Shown here: one piece after another, positions 8,963 to 17,140 of the stretch
How the letters are laid out: the number at the start of each line of letters is the position of its first letter
Numbering within the stretch: position 1 is the first letter of the stretch
NCBI GenBank assembly: GCA_002789635.1
Contig: PFTQ01000044.1
Location: 837 to 54,203 of the forward strand
DNA length: 53,367 bases
DNA from: Candidatus Aenigmarchaeota archaeon CG_4_9_14_3_um_filter_37_18
Lineage (GTDB): Archaea > Aenigmatarchaeota > Aenigmatarchaeia > CG10238-14
Direction of reading: 5' to 3'
Notes under the pieces: model-generated
Database searches by the model: none
Told to the model about the DNA's origin: nothing
Seen by the model: the letters and a program-made list of their open reading frames with translations, nothing else
Translations under genes and position numbers: made by a program

Positions 8963-9149
8963 ATTCTAAATCTCGATTATTAAATTTAAATATTTGGTTA
9001 GCGCATAACTCTTCCATCAATCTTTATTATCAACAATTCCTATACAATTAAACAGGCTGAGTCAAGACCTTGTCAAGACAGGACAAGACATTAGGTGTGT
9101 GCATGACTGGAATTGACTCCAAATAATCAGGTTTAGACTCCAGCGGAGT

Positions 9150-9173
9150 GGTTCAACTCCCTTCCGAGGCTTA
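9150..9173. repeat. 24-bp direct repeat, copy 2; attR-like partial tRNA-Thr 3' end
   Basis: Identical to 8361..8384. No matching 5' acceptor strand lies upstream, so it is not a second tRNA. Confidence 0.9.
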
Positions 9174-9422
9174 ACCCTAGTGAAATACAGTTATTTTTTC
9201 TAGAGGGATAGAGGTAAACAATTTAAAAATAGAATCCCTTAAAATTATGTAATTCAGTGAGAATATGGGCATCGTTCAAACAGTAATTTCATCTTTGTCA
9301 GCATTGACCGTATTAAGCCATGTTTTTTAGGCTTTCTGATACTGTATTTTATAATTAAAAAAATATTAAAGAAAAATATTTCAATTCTTGATAATTTTTT
9401 CGGGTTTTTTAGAAATAGAGCA

Positions 9423-9830
9423 TTGATAATAGCTTTTATTATCGCGGCTACTGCGACTTTAGGAAGCCTTTTCTTTTCTGAAGCAGCAAAATATGAGCAG
9501 TGTGAATTGTGCTGGTTCCAGCGCATATTCATGTACCCGCAAGCTATAATTTTAGGAGTTGCTTTACTGAAGAAGAGGGGTGAAATTTCAGATTATAATT
9601 TGGCTCTCAGTTCAATAGGAGTGGCAATAGCAACCTATCATTATTACATCAGCCAGATCGCAAGACAGGTATCAAACACATGCTCAGCAGCAGGAATTTC
9701 TTGTGCATCCCAATATTACACGAGTTATGGCTATATCACAATACCAATGATGTCTCTAACTGTGTTCACATTAATAATAATATTTTCCTCGCTCAAAAAA
9801 ACTGATAATAAAAAGCCAACACGAAAATAA
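9423..9830 (+). CDS. DsbB/BdbC-like disulfide bond formation protein
   Basis: Four TM helices. First loop CELCWFQRIFMYP (CxxC), second loop CSAAGISC. Size and layout match BdbC. TTG start. Confidence 0.75.
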   Translation: MIIAFIIAATATLGSLFFSEAAKYEQCELCWFQRIFMYPQAIILGVALLKKRGEISDYNLALSSIGVAIATYHYYISQIARQVSNTCSAAGISCASQYYTSYGYITIPMMSLTVFTLIIIFSSLKKTDNKKPTRK

Positions 9831-9844
9831 ATCTTAAAAAATCA

Positions 9845-10351
9845 TTAAACCTTTGCAATTGTTCTCCATAATTCCCTTTCCTTAAGGAATAAAACAGCAA
9901 GAAAAAAGAAGAATACCATTCCAAAAATATAAGTCAAGTAAAACATAAGAGGCGTTCCATAAGGCACTCCAACCAAGCTCCAAAGCCAACTGACAAATGT
10001 ATCATTGCCAGCAAGGCAACTCATATTACCAGGAGATAAAAGAATATTGCCTTGACGGGAAATGCATAAAGGCGGCATCACTATCTCAAATGCTATAAAA
10101 AGGAATGTTGTCCCTAAAGTCAGCCTTGTGATATGGATGGGTTTCCTCAAAAGTGCAAAAGAAAATATGCCCCAGGTGATTATGTAGCCGATTTGGTGCG
10201 TTATGTAGGCGAAAGGTATTGGTGTGTCTGGATTGTTCTCGAGATGGATTAGGTAAGACCTCATGAAAACTATATTCCATAGCAAAGACCAGATAACTGC
10301 GAATACAAGGAATATTATTTCCCTTTTTTCTATCAGCTTGAATTTAGCCAT
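9845..10351 (-). CDS. polytopic membrane protein, unknown function
   Basis: 168 aa with about 5 hydrophobic spans. Confidence 0.5.
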   Translation of the reverse strand: MAKFKLIEKREIIFLVFAVIWSLLWNIVFMRSYLIHLENNPDTPIPFAYITHQIGYIITWGIFSFALLRKPIHITRLTLGTTFLFIAFEIVMPPLCISRQGNILLSPGNMSCLAGNDTFVSWLWSLVGVPYGTPLMFYLTYIFGMVFFFFLAVLFLKERELWRTIAKV

Positions 10352-10421
10352 ATTATCTTTTATTAGATTTGATTTTCATGTGTTTAAATTTATTTTTATT
10401 GTCTTAATTCCAAGTATTGTT

Positions 10422-10922
10422 ATGCTTGAATATTCTTTTTGGGAAGTTGTATCCGCTTTTGGCAGTTTGGAATTCTGGATTGGGGCGTCCTTGACTTGCC
10501 TTTTATTGTTTTTTGCTGTGCCTAAAAAATCCAGAAAATATTTTGTGTGGTTTATCTTTCTTGTTCTTCCTTCAGTAATAATCGCTGATAGCATAGGCCA
10601 TGCAATCAAATTTATTCTCCAAGTTCCTAGGCCTTGTTATGGTCTTGTCGAATGCCCTAGCGGATATTCAATGCCTAGTGGACATGCAACTGTCGCTTTT
10701 GCTGCTATGACTGCTTTAGGCCTGCATTACAAGGATAGAAAGTATCTGATACTTTTTTTAATTTTAGCAGAATTTGTCGGGATATCTAGAATTGCCCTTG
10801 GCTTCCATACTATCCCTGATGTGTTAGTTGGATCTGTTATTGGTATGATGACCGGCTTTTTTGTTGAAAAAGCGTATGAGATGTATTATATAAGGTTTCA
10901 GAGAGTTGTTAAGAGGATTTAA
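10422..10922 (+). CDS. PAP2-family (type 2 phosphatidic acid / polyprenyl-PP) phosphatase
   Basis: The three PAP2 motifs occur in order: KFILQVPRP, PSGH, SRIALGFHTIPD. Start moved to ATG 10422 to avoid a 5' overlap with the divergent gene. Confidence 0.82.
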   Translation: MLEYSFWEVVSAFGSLEFWIGASLTCLLLFFAVPKKSRKYFVWFIFLVLPSVIIADSIGHAIKFILQVPRPCYGLVECPSGYSMPSGHATVAFAAMTALGLHYKDRKYLILFLILAEFVGISRIALGFHTIPDVLVGSVIGMMTGFFVEKAYEMYYIRFQRVVKRI

Positions 10923-11745
10923 TTTTTCTAATAATACCTTCAGCGAAATAGTACATTGCAAAAAGTGAAAGCCCAAATGGCATATAACCTAAATATCCAG
11001 GGAGGTACATCTCAAAAATTTTAAAGGTCGTTATAGGTGTTAAAAACCCAAGATTATGCAGCAAAGGGATGTTATAAAACCACTTCGGATAAGCCCAAAA
11101 ATTCCAAAATTCCCAAAAGAAGCCGCATATCAATGTAGCTATCATTATATATAGAATCTCATTAAATTTTCCTTTCTCCAAGTTTTTTAGAATTGATGGT
11201 CTTTTCTTAATATAATTAATTGGATCTAAGATTAAGAATGGAAAGAACCAAATTCCGCCGAAGAAATAGTAGGGTGATACTATTACACCTAACATCAGCA
11301 ACAAACCAAAAATCACTATAATAAAAATTAAATTTTTAGTGATCTTAATCTCAAAAGGCAGTTTAATCCTTTCAAATATCTTTAATGATTTTAAAAGATA
11401 GGATGTTTCAAAGACAGCCAATATAACAGTCGAAAATGCAATTGAAAAAATCAACCATATCGGCTCTTGAATATTTTTATAATACCAATTTCTTGTAAAT
11501 AGATTACAAAATTCGAAAAACCACCAGACGAAAATAGAGATAAACAACATTTTAATTGCTTTTATCGGCTCATTTATGATAATAGATTTTTTCTTAATTT
11601 CATAAACTAGAGAATCAACAAAAAGAATATAACCGAACCAAATAGGATAAAAATACCAAGTTGAAAGTGGTTGAATTTTAAGAAGCATTATAACTTCTGC
11701 GTATATAATTAACAACAACCCAAGAATCCCATGTTTTTTTAACAT
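10909..11745 (-). CDS. polytopic membrane protein (about 8 TM), unknown function
   Basis: 278 aa, rich in W/F/Y, lying within the lipid-related cluster. Confidence 0.5.
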   Translation of the reverse strand: MLKKHGILGLLLIIYAEVIMLLKIQPLSTWYFYPIWFGYILFVDSLVYEIKKKSIIINEPIKAIKMLFISIFVWWFFEFCNLFTRNWYYKNIQEPIWLIFSIAFSTVILAVFETSYLLKSLKIFERIKLPFEIKITKNLIFIIVIFGLLLMLGVIVSPYYFFGGIWFFPFLILDPINYIKKRPSILKNLEKGKFNEILYIMIATLICGFFWEFWNFWAYPKWFYNIPLLHNLGFLTPITTFKIFEMYLPGYLGYMPFGLSLFAMYYFAEGIIRKIKSS

Positions 11746-11766
11746 GATTAATTATTGGATTTCCAT

Positions 11767-12297
11767 TTAAAAATAGTCTTTTATCTTGTTTGTCAACTGT
11801 TCATGAATCAGCCAAAAGAAAAGCAAGACAGCATCCATAGAACTGAATATCAATAACCCAAAATCCTTATTGACTAGATTTGGAGAAATTACCATTAAAA
11901 TCCGCTCTATTATATTCAAACCGAAAGCATAATTCGAGAAAGGATAAAATGGAACTATATAACCGGATAAAGAAGCGTCTAGGACAAGGTGCATTGTAAA
12001 GCCAAATGCCATCATGACAAAATACAAAGAAGTCTTCTTCTTATCAATGAAATGAAAGAACATTGAAATCGCCAGAAAGAGTATAGGGAACCAGATGTTG
12101 TGTGTGTAAAGCCTGTGAATGCTAACACCGCCAAAAACCAAATAGCTCACCGGAAGGTCAATATCTGGAAATAAACCAGACAAACCAGCAAGAAGGACAT
12201 GTTTATTCGTGATGACCCCCTTTTTGCCGATTATATGATCTCTAAACAAATCTATGAGTATTATTGGGACTAGAATGTGTGTTACTGCAAGTGGCAT
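11767..12297 (-). CDS. YdjM/DUF457-like membrane-bound metal-dependent hydrolase
   Basis: N-terminal THILVP, plus FPDIDLP, H..YTH and MHLVLD histidine/aspartate motifs. Confidence 0.65.
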   Translation of the reverse strand: MPLAVTHILVPIILIDLFRDHIIGKKGVITNKHVLLAGLSGLFPDIDLPVSYLVFGGVSIHRLYTHNIWFPILFLAISMFFHFIDKKKTSLYFVMMAFGFTMHLVLDASLSGYIVPFYPFSNYAFGLNIIERILMVISPNLVNKDFGLLIFSSMDAVLLFFWLIHEQLTNKIKDYF

Positions 12298-12357
12298 GTC
12301 TTATTATTTGATTTCTAATAAAAATAAATTAATGCTTCTGAAAACACAATAAATATT

Positions 12358-13005
12358 ATGCTGAATCTACTCCCGCTGATCTTGCCCTTAATTCTTATAG
12401 GAATAATTTTTCTACTGATAATAAAATCAGAAATCAACAAAAAATTTGGAAGACAGTTTGCAAGAACATTTGTTGGCATATTTGTGATCGCATATTCAAT
12501 AAACAATAAAACCATCTTATTGGGATTATTGAGTCTAGTTATGTTATTTCTACTGTTTATATCAGAAAGAAGCCTTTTTTTCAAAAAAATGGTAGAAGAA
12601 AAGGAAAAGAAATCAGGAAAACTCACTGGACTAATTTTATACCTTTCAATGATCATACTGACTACTATATTGTTTCCATTGTGGATTGCTGGGTGTTGCT
12701 TAATCAATTTATCATTTGCTGACGGTTTTGCAACATTCGTGGGGAAAAAGGGTAGGTCTAAGTTGATGTGGAATAAAAAAAAGACATTTGAAGGTAGCAT
12801 AACATTTCTTTTTGTTAGCTTCTTAGGCTGTTTCTTAGTTATGAGTTTTCTAAGCCCTTTCACATTAGATAGAATAATTTTATTCTCTTTAATAACTTCT
12901 TTAATAGCGAGCTTTGCTGAAAGTTTGCCAATAAAAATAGACGATAATATCACAGTTCCATTGGTTACTGGCGCTGCTCTTTATTTGTTAACTATATTAT
13001 TCTAA
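12358..13005 (+). CDS. dolichol/polyprenol kinase-like CTP-dependent transferase (COG0170 family)
   Basis: SFADGFATFVGKKGRSKL...KKTFEGSITFLFVSF...SFAESLP...DDNITVPL. The antisense 212-aa ORF is judged spurious. Confidence 0.7.
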   Translation: MLNLLPLILPLILIGIIFLLIIKSEINKKFGRQFARTFVGIFVIAYSINNKTILLGLLSLVMLFLLFISERSLFFKKMVEEKEKKSGKLTGLILYLSMIILTTILFPLWIAGCCLINLSFADGFATFVGKKGRSKLMWNKKKTFEGSITFLFVSFLGCFLVMSFLSPFTLDRIILFSLITSLIASFAESLPIKIDDNITVPLVTGAALYLLTILF

Positions 13006-13024
13006 AAATTGTAAATTATTTTTG

Positions 13025-13867
13025 ATGTCTAGAAAAGATGGGTTAACATTTTGGAAATTAGTCAAGATTAGCAGGCCTTTATTTTGGATATATTTTCCTC
13101 TTATATTTTATTTAGGAGTTCTGTTTTCAGGTGGGGGCCTAGATTTATATCAAATTTTAATTATGGCTAGTATGACTTTTCCATTAGAACTTGCAGGACT
13201 CGGATTAAATGATATATATGATTACAAATCTGATCTAGCAAACCCAAGAAAGGGTGGTATTCAGGGTTACAAATTATCTAAGCCAGAAATCAAAAAACTC
13301 AAAATAATTTCATATTTAGCCGCAATTCCTACTTATTTAATCGTATTGCTTACTGGGAAAATACAATTTATCTTAACAATGTTTTTATTTGGACTAATAT
13401 CTTATCTTTACATTGTGCCTCCATTCAGGTTAAAGGGGAAACCTATACTTGATTTGGTAAGCGGGGGGTTGGTTCTAATTCTTCTTCCTTTTGCTGCAGG
13501 TTTTTCATATCATCAAAGTGTTGTAAATCTCCCATGGAAAATATACATAGTAACCCTCTATATGTCAGGGCTTCAAGGGATTGCAATGACAATGGATATG
13601 AAATATGATAAGCTGGCGGGGGACAAAAGCACTCCAATTGTTTTTGGTGCAAGAAATACTATGGTCATTGCTTTCTTAATCTTTTTTTCTATATTCGCTT
13701 TTGTAAATTTTAGCCCCCTGCTTCATCTATTCATCGGAATTAGTACAATAGGGGCATTCTTTCTAATTTTTAGGCCAGAAGGAGTGCATTCGAGGATATT
13801 GACTCTTATTTACGTGCTGGTTTCATTAATTTTCGCTATATTTTATATTTTATTTTACTGGATTTAA
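13025..13867 (+). CDS. UbiA-family prenyltransferase
   Basis: NDIYDYKSD (NDxxDxxxD) and DMKYD second Asp-rich motif, with about 8 TM helices. Confidence 0.82.
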   Translation: MSRKDGLTFWKLVKISRPLFWIYFPLIFYLGVLFSGGGLDLYQILIMASMTFPLELAGLGLNDIYDYKSDLANPRKGGIQGYKLSKPEIKKLKIISYLAAIPTYLIVLLTGKIQFILTMFLFGLISYLYIVPPFRLKGKPILDLVSGGLVLILLPFAAGFSYHQSVVNLPWKIYIVTLYMSGLQGIAMTMDMKYDKLAGDKSTPIVFGARNTMVIAFLIFFSIFAFVNFSPLLHLFIGISTIGAFFLIFRPEGVHSRILTLIYVLVSLIFAIFYILFYWI

Positions 13868-14940
13868 TAGAGACCAAAATCTTCATCTACAAATTCCTGG
13901 AAGATAGGTCCAAATCCTTTACCAAGCAAAGCTCCAAAATTAAATAGCCAATCAGGGAATTTATGCAATATACTGCTTGAAAAAACTCCTTGAATTATTG
14001 GCCACCTCAATTTTTCTTTCCATTTATCATCATAATTTCGCTTTAAAAATTTGTAATCATAATTCCCGGACTCCAAAGATTTCTTGCAAGCATTGGAAGC
14101 AATTTTAGCAGCAGTCAATCCATAAATTAATCCTCCACCACTGATCGGTTTGATCTGACAAGCAGCATCCCCGACAAGAAGAACCCTGTCTGCAACAGAA
14201 TTCTCGATTAGACCATACCTTATTACTCCCCCGACTTTATCCCGCGTGTTAATAACTTTGCCAAACCTCTTTTTAACGAATTTCTCTAAGTAATATCCAG
14301 ATTTTTGAGAAGAACCAATCCCAACTCTTGCCCATTTATCATTTTCAGGAACAACCCAACCAAAAAAATCCGGTGAGATAGTAGAACCAAACCATAATTC
14401 AGCCTGATCAGAGTCAAAGAAGTCTTGAACTGTCTCTTGAATACCAACGATGAGACTGTCTGGTAATTTAAGATTAGAAACCCCAGCTACAGGAGAATTG
14501 GGACCATCTGCCCCGACAAGAAGTTTAGTTTTAAAGTTCCCTTTGCTCGTTTTTATTTCTAGAAAATTGCTTTCTCTGGAAAAATCTTTGAATTCTGTTT
14601 TCATTTTGATCTCAACATCATTTTTCTCAGCTTTCTTAGCCATTTCCTTATCAAATAACTCCCTATCAAAGACATAAAAAGGCCTTTTGGATTTTAGAGT
14701 AACATGGTTCCCGTTAGGAGAGAAAAAACCTGCTCTAGTGATTTTATTCAGGACTATTTTTCTTGATGCCCCAGAAAGCTCGAATATCCTGTCACTAGTG
14801 AAGCCTGTACATTGGACTGGTTTGCCTATCTCTGTCTTTTTGTCGAGAATCAATATTTTGTGATCTTTTCCTAACAATTCCCCGACTTTACAGCCGATCG
14901 GGCCCGCGCCAACTATCACTACGTCATACATGTCTTTCAT
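13864..14940 (-). CDS. geranylgeranyl reductase family flavoprotein
   Basis: YDVVIVGAGPIGC dinucleotide-binding motif, LVGADG, LLVGDAA.Q..P..GGG. Confidence 0.85.
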   Translation of the reverse strand: MKDMYDVVIVGAGPIGCKVGELLGKDHKILILDKKTEIGKPVQCTGFTSDRIFELSGASRKIVLNKITRAGFFSPNGNHVTLKSKRPFYVFDRELFDKEMAKKAEKNDVEIKMKTEFKDFSRESNFLEIKTSKGNFKTKLLVGADGPNSPVAGVSNLKLPDSLIVGIQETVQDFFDSDQAELWFGSTISPDFFGWVVPENDKWARVGIGSSQKSGYYLEKFVKKRFGKVINTRDKVGGVIRYGLIENSVADRVLLVGDAACQIKPISGGGLIYGLTAAKIASNACKKSLESGNYDYKFLKRNYDDKWKEKLRWPIIQGVFSSSILHKFPDWLFNFGALLGKGFGPIFQEFVDEDFGLY

Positions 14941-14983
14941 ACAACCAAATAGAAAATATAATTACAAAAAGATAATACTTGTT

Positions 14984-15901
14984 ATGCAAAAAACAATGAT
15001 TCTAGCTTTAGGAGGGAATATGATAAAGAAAGCAAAAGAAAAAGGTACATTTGAAGAACAATATGAGAATGTGACGACTAGTTGCGATCAAATCATTGAA
15101 ATAATCAAGCAGGGTTGGAATATTGTTATAACGCATGGGAATGGTCCACAAGTAGGTAATCTCCTGCTGCAACAAGAATTATTAAAAGACAAAATACCAC
15201 CTATGCCTCTGGACGTTTGCGGAGCTTTAAGCCAGGGAGAAATAGGATATCTGGTCCAGCAAATCCTTAGGAACAAACTGAAGAAAAACAAAATCAACAA
15301 GAAAGTCGTGACTATTATCACTCAAGTTTTAGTTGATGAAAAAGATCCAGAATTCAAGAATCCGTCCAAACCAATAGGGCCATTCTACAAAATCAAAAAT
15401 AACAGGTTTCCGATGGTTTATCAGACAGGAAAAGGCTGGAGGAGAGTTGTTCCGTCACCCGATCCTAAAGAGATAATAGAAAAAGACCAGATTAAAGACT
15501 TAGTAGAAAACGGGGATGTTGTTATTGCTTGCGGGGGAGGAGGGATACCAGTTGTTGAAAGGAGAGGACAATTGAAAGGGATAGAAGGTGTAATTGACAA
15601 AGACCTAGCCTCAGAAAAGTTAGCAGAAGAATTAGGAATAAAAACTATGATGATTTTAACAGATGTAGATAATGTTTACCTTAATTATGGAGAAAAAAAC
15701 CAGAAGAAACTGGAAAAAGTAACGCTAAAAGAAATCAAGGAACACCAAAAAAGAGGGCATTTCCAAAAAGGAAGCATGGGGCCAAAAATAGAAGCATCTA
15801 TTCGATTGTTAGAGAATGGAGGAGAAGGAGTATTCATAACTTCACCCAAGCTTGCAATAAAGTGCCTGCAAGGAAAAGCAGGAACTGCACTAATCAGATA
15901 A
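14984..15901 (+). CDS. arcC: carbamate kinase
   Basis: ILALGGN, ITHGNGPQVGNLLLQ, ACGGGGIPV, TDVD.VYLNYG. Confidence 0.88.
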   Translation: MQKTMILALGGNMIKKAKEKGTFEEQYENVTTSCDQIIEIIKQGWNIVITHGNGPQVGNLLLQQELLKDKIPPMPLDVCGALSQGEIGYLVQQILRNKLKKNKINKKVVTIITQVLVDEKDPEFKNPSKPIGPFYKIKNNRFPMVYQTGKGWRRVVPSPDPKEIIEKDQIKDLVENGDVVIACGGGGIPVVERRGQLKGIEGVIDKDLASEKLAEELGIKTMMILTDVDNVYLNYGEKNQKKLEKVTLKEIKEHQKRGHFQKGSMGPKIEASIRLLENGGEGVFITSPKLAIKCLQGKAGTALIR

Positions 15902-15935
15902 AAATAAAAGATGCAACGTCAATATTATCAGAGAT

Positions 15936-16051
15936 GGGGTTTTGGCTCAACTTGGTAGAGCGTCAGGCTCCAGCACATCGTGCATGGAACGTTGATTTCA
16001 AGATGATATGAAGAAACCTGAAGGTTGGGGGTTCAAATCCCTCAGACCCCA
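15936..16051 (+). tRNA. tRNA-Trp (anticodon CCA) with a 42-nt intron (15974..16015) at the canonical 37/38 position
   Basis: Acceptor GGGGTTT/AGACCCC, D arm GCTC..GAGC, anticodon stem TCAGG/CCTGA interrupted after CTCCAG, T arm GGGGG-TTCAAAT-CCCTC. Confidence 0.85.
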
Positions 16052-16125
16052 TGTCTATTTTGTATAAAATTATTTTCTATTTAATAGTATAAAGAAATCT
16101 AGTATTCTTGAAATATCTCATAAAA

Positions 16126-16344
16126 CTACTTTTTAGTTTTCAAAACATTTTTATTTGTAGTTTTTACAAACAATACTAAGAAACCACCTATCACAAAACC
16201 TAAGCCTATAATAGCATTTTTTACCTGATATGAAACTGGTTCATTGGTTCCAAATAAAGGTGTTGTTACAATTAAAAAAACACCACAAACTATCATCACT
16301 ACAGAAGCTATTTTTTGGATATTCAATTTTCCCATTTCTATCAA
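16126..16344 (-). CDS. 72-aa two-TM membrane protein
   Basis: ORF lying between the tRNA-Trp 3' end and its 13-bp duplicate. Confidence 0.4.
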   Translation of the reverse strand: MIEMGKLNIQKIASVVMIVCGVFLIVTTPLFGTNEPVSYQVKNAIIGLGFVIGGFLVLFVKTTNKNVLKTKK

Positions 16345-16457
16345 AGTAGATTTCGAAAATTCAATTTAAATACCTATCTTTGGGGTCAAAAATTGTATTT
16401 GAAATGAAAGTTCCTCAGACCCCATTCTGACTTGAAGTTTGAATTCGTGAACTCCCT

Positions 16458-17093
16458 TCACTTCAACTCCACAAAAATATAATTACCAAGATTAGTTCTG
16501 GTCAACTCACCATTATCGATCTTCTGAAACAATGCCATTTCTTGATGGTTATCAGAGTTTATTGGAGCAACTATTCTGCCGCCAAGTTTGGCCTGATCTA
16601 TAACCAGTTCAGGAACACTATCGCAAGCAGCATTGATGAGAATGCAATCATACGGAGAATTTTTAGGATAGCCTTTCTTTCCATCCCCGCAAACCAATTC
16701 GATGTTACTCAGGTTGGTTTTAACTATGTTATTTTTTGAGAATTCTACTAGTCTGGGTTCAAGCTCTATTCCTGTCACTTTTCCGTTTTTCCCAACTATT
16801 TTAGCGAGAAGGCAAGTCGTCCATCCAGTACCAGAGCCGATATCAAGAACGTTATCTTTTATATCAGGACTCAAAGCCTCAAGCATTGTTGCTACTGTAT
16901 ATGGTTGGGAGATAGTCTGACCTTTCATAGTCGGCAAAGCAATATCTCTATAAGCATGGTCAATGTGTCTTTCTGGAACAAACCAGTGGCGTGATATTTC
17001 AAGAAACGCATTAATTATTCTTTTTGTCCTTAAGACGCCTAATGCCGCAAGGGACTCAACCAAAGCTTTGTTCTCTTCTTCAAATTTACTCAT
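16458..17093 (-). CDS. pcm: protein-L-isoaspartate O-methyltransferase
   Basis: GQTISQPYTVATMLE, VLDIGSGTGWTT and the C-terminal GGR.V.P pattern. Confidence 0.9.
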   Translation of the reverse strand: MSKFEEENKALVESLAALGVLRTKRIINAFLEISRHWFVPERHIDHAYRDIALPTMKGQTISQPYTVATMLEALSPDIKDNVLDIGSGTGWTTCLLAKIVGKNGKVTGIELEPRLVEFSKNNIVKTNLSNIELVCGDGKKGYPKNSPYDCILINAACDSVPELVIDQAKLGGRIVAPINSDNHQEMALFQKIDNGELTRTNLGNYIFVELK

Positions 17094-17140
17094 GATTAGG
17101 ATTAGTTTTTAAAAAATAAAAGAAAGAGGAAAGAGTTCTC

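Larger units (their letters stand above)
8385..9173. mobile_element. putative remnant of a tRNA-Thr-integrated element (no integrase present)
   Basis: Bounded by the 24-bp duplication of the tRNA 3' end. It carries a single ORF that looks more GC-rich than its surroundings, plus a phased CAAGAC triplet near the distal repeat. Confidence 0.45.

Noticed and set aside
9254-9532. 92-aa minus-strand ORF upstream of and overlapping the DsbB-like gene
   Set aside because: It overlaps the 5' part of a motif-supported gene. Its product is K/I/F-rich with no features.
12315-12953. 212-aa ORF antisense to the dolichol-kinase-like gene
   Set aside because: The plus-strand product has clear family motifs (DGFATFVGKK, KTFEGS, DDNITVPL). 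The minus-strand product is a low-complexity K/I/N/F-rich translation typical of antisense frames in AT-rich DNA.
15974-16021. Box C/D-like elements (GATGAT, ATGAAGA, exon CTGA) in the tRNA-Trp intron
   Set aside because: There is no exact RUGAUGA C box, and the 42-nt intron is too short for a C/D/C'/D' guide. It is mentioned only as a caveat in the tRNA-Trp intron finding.
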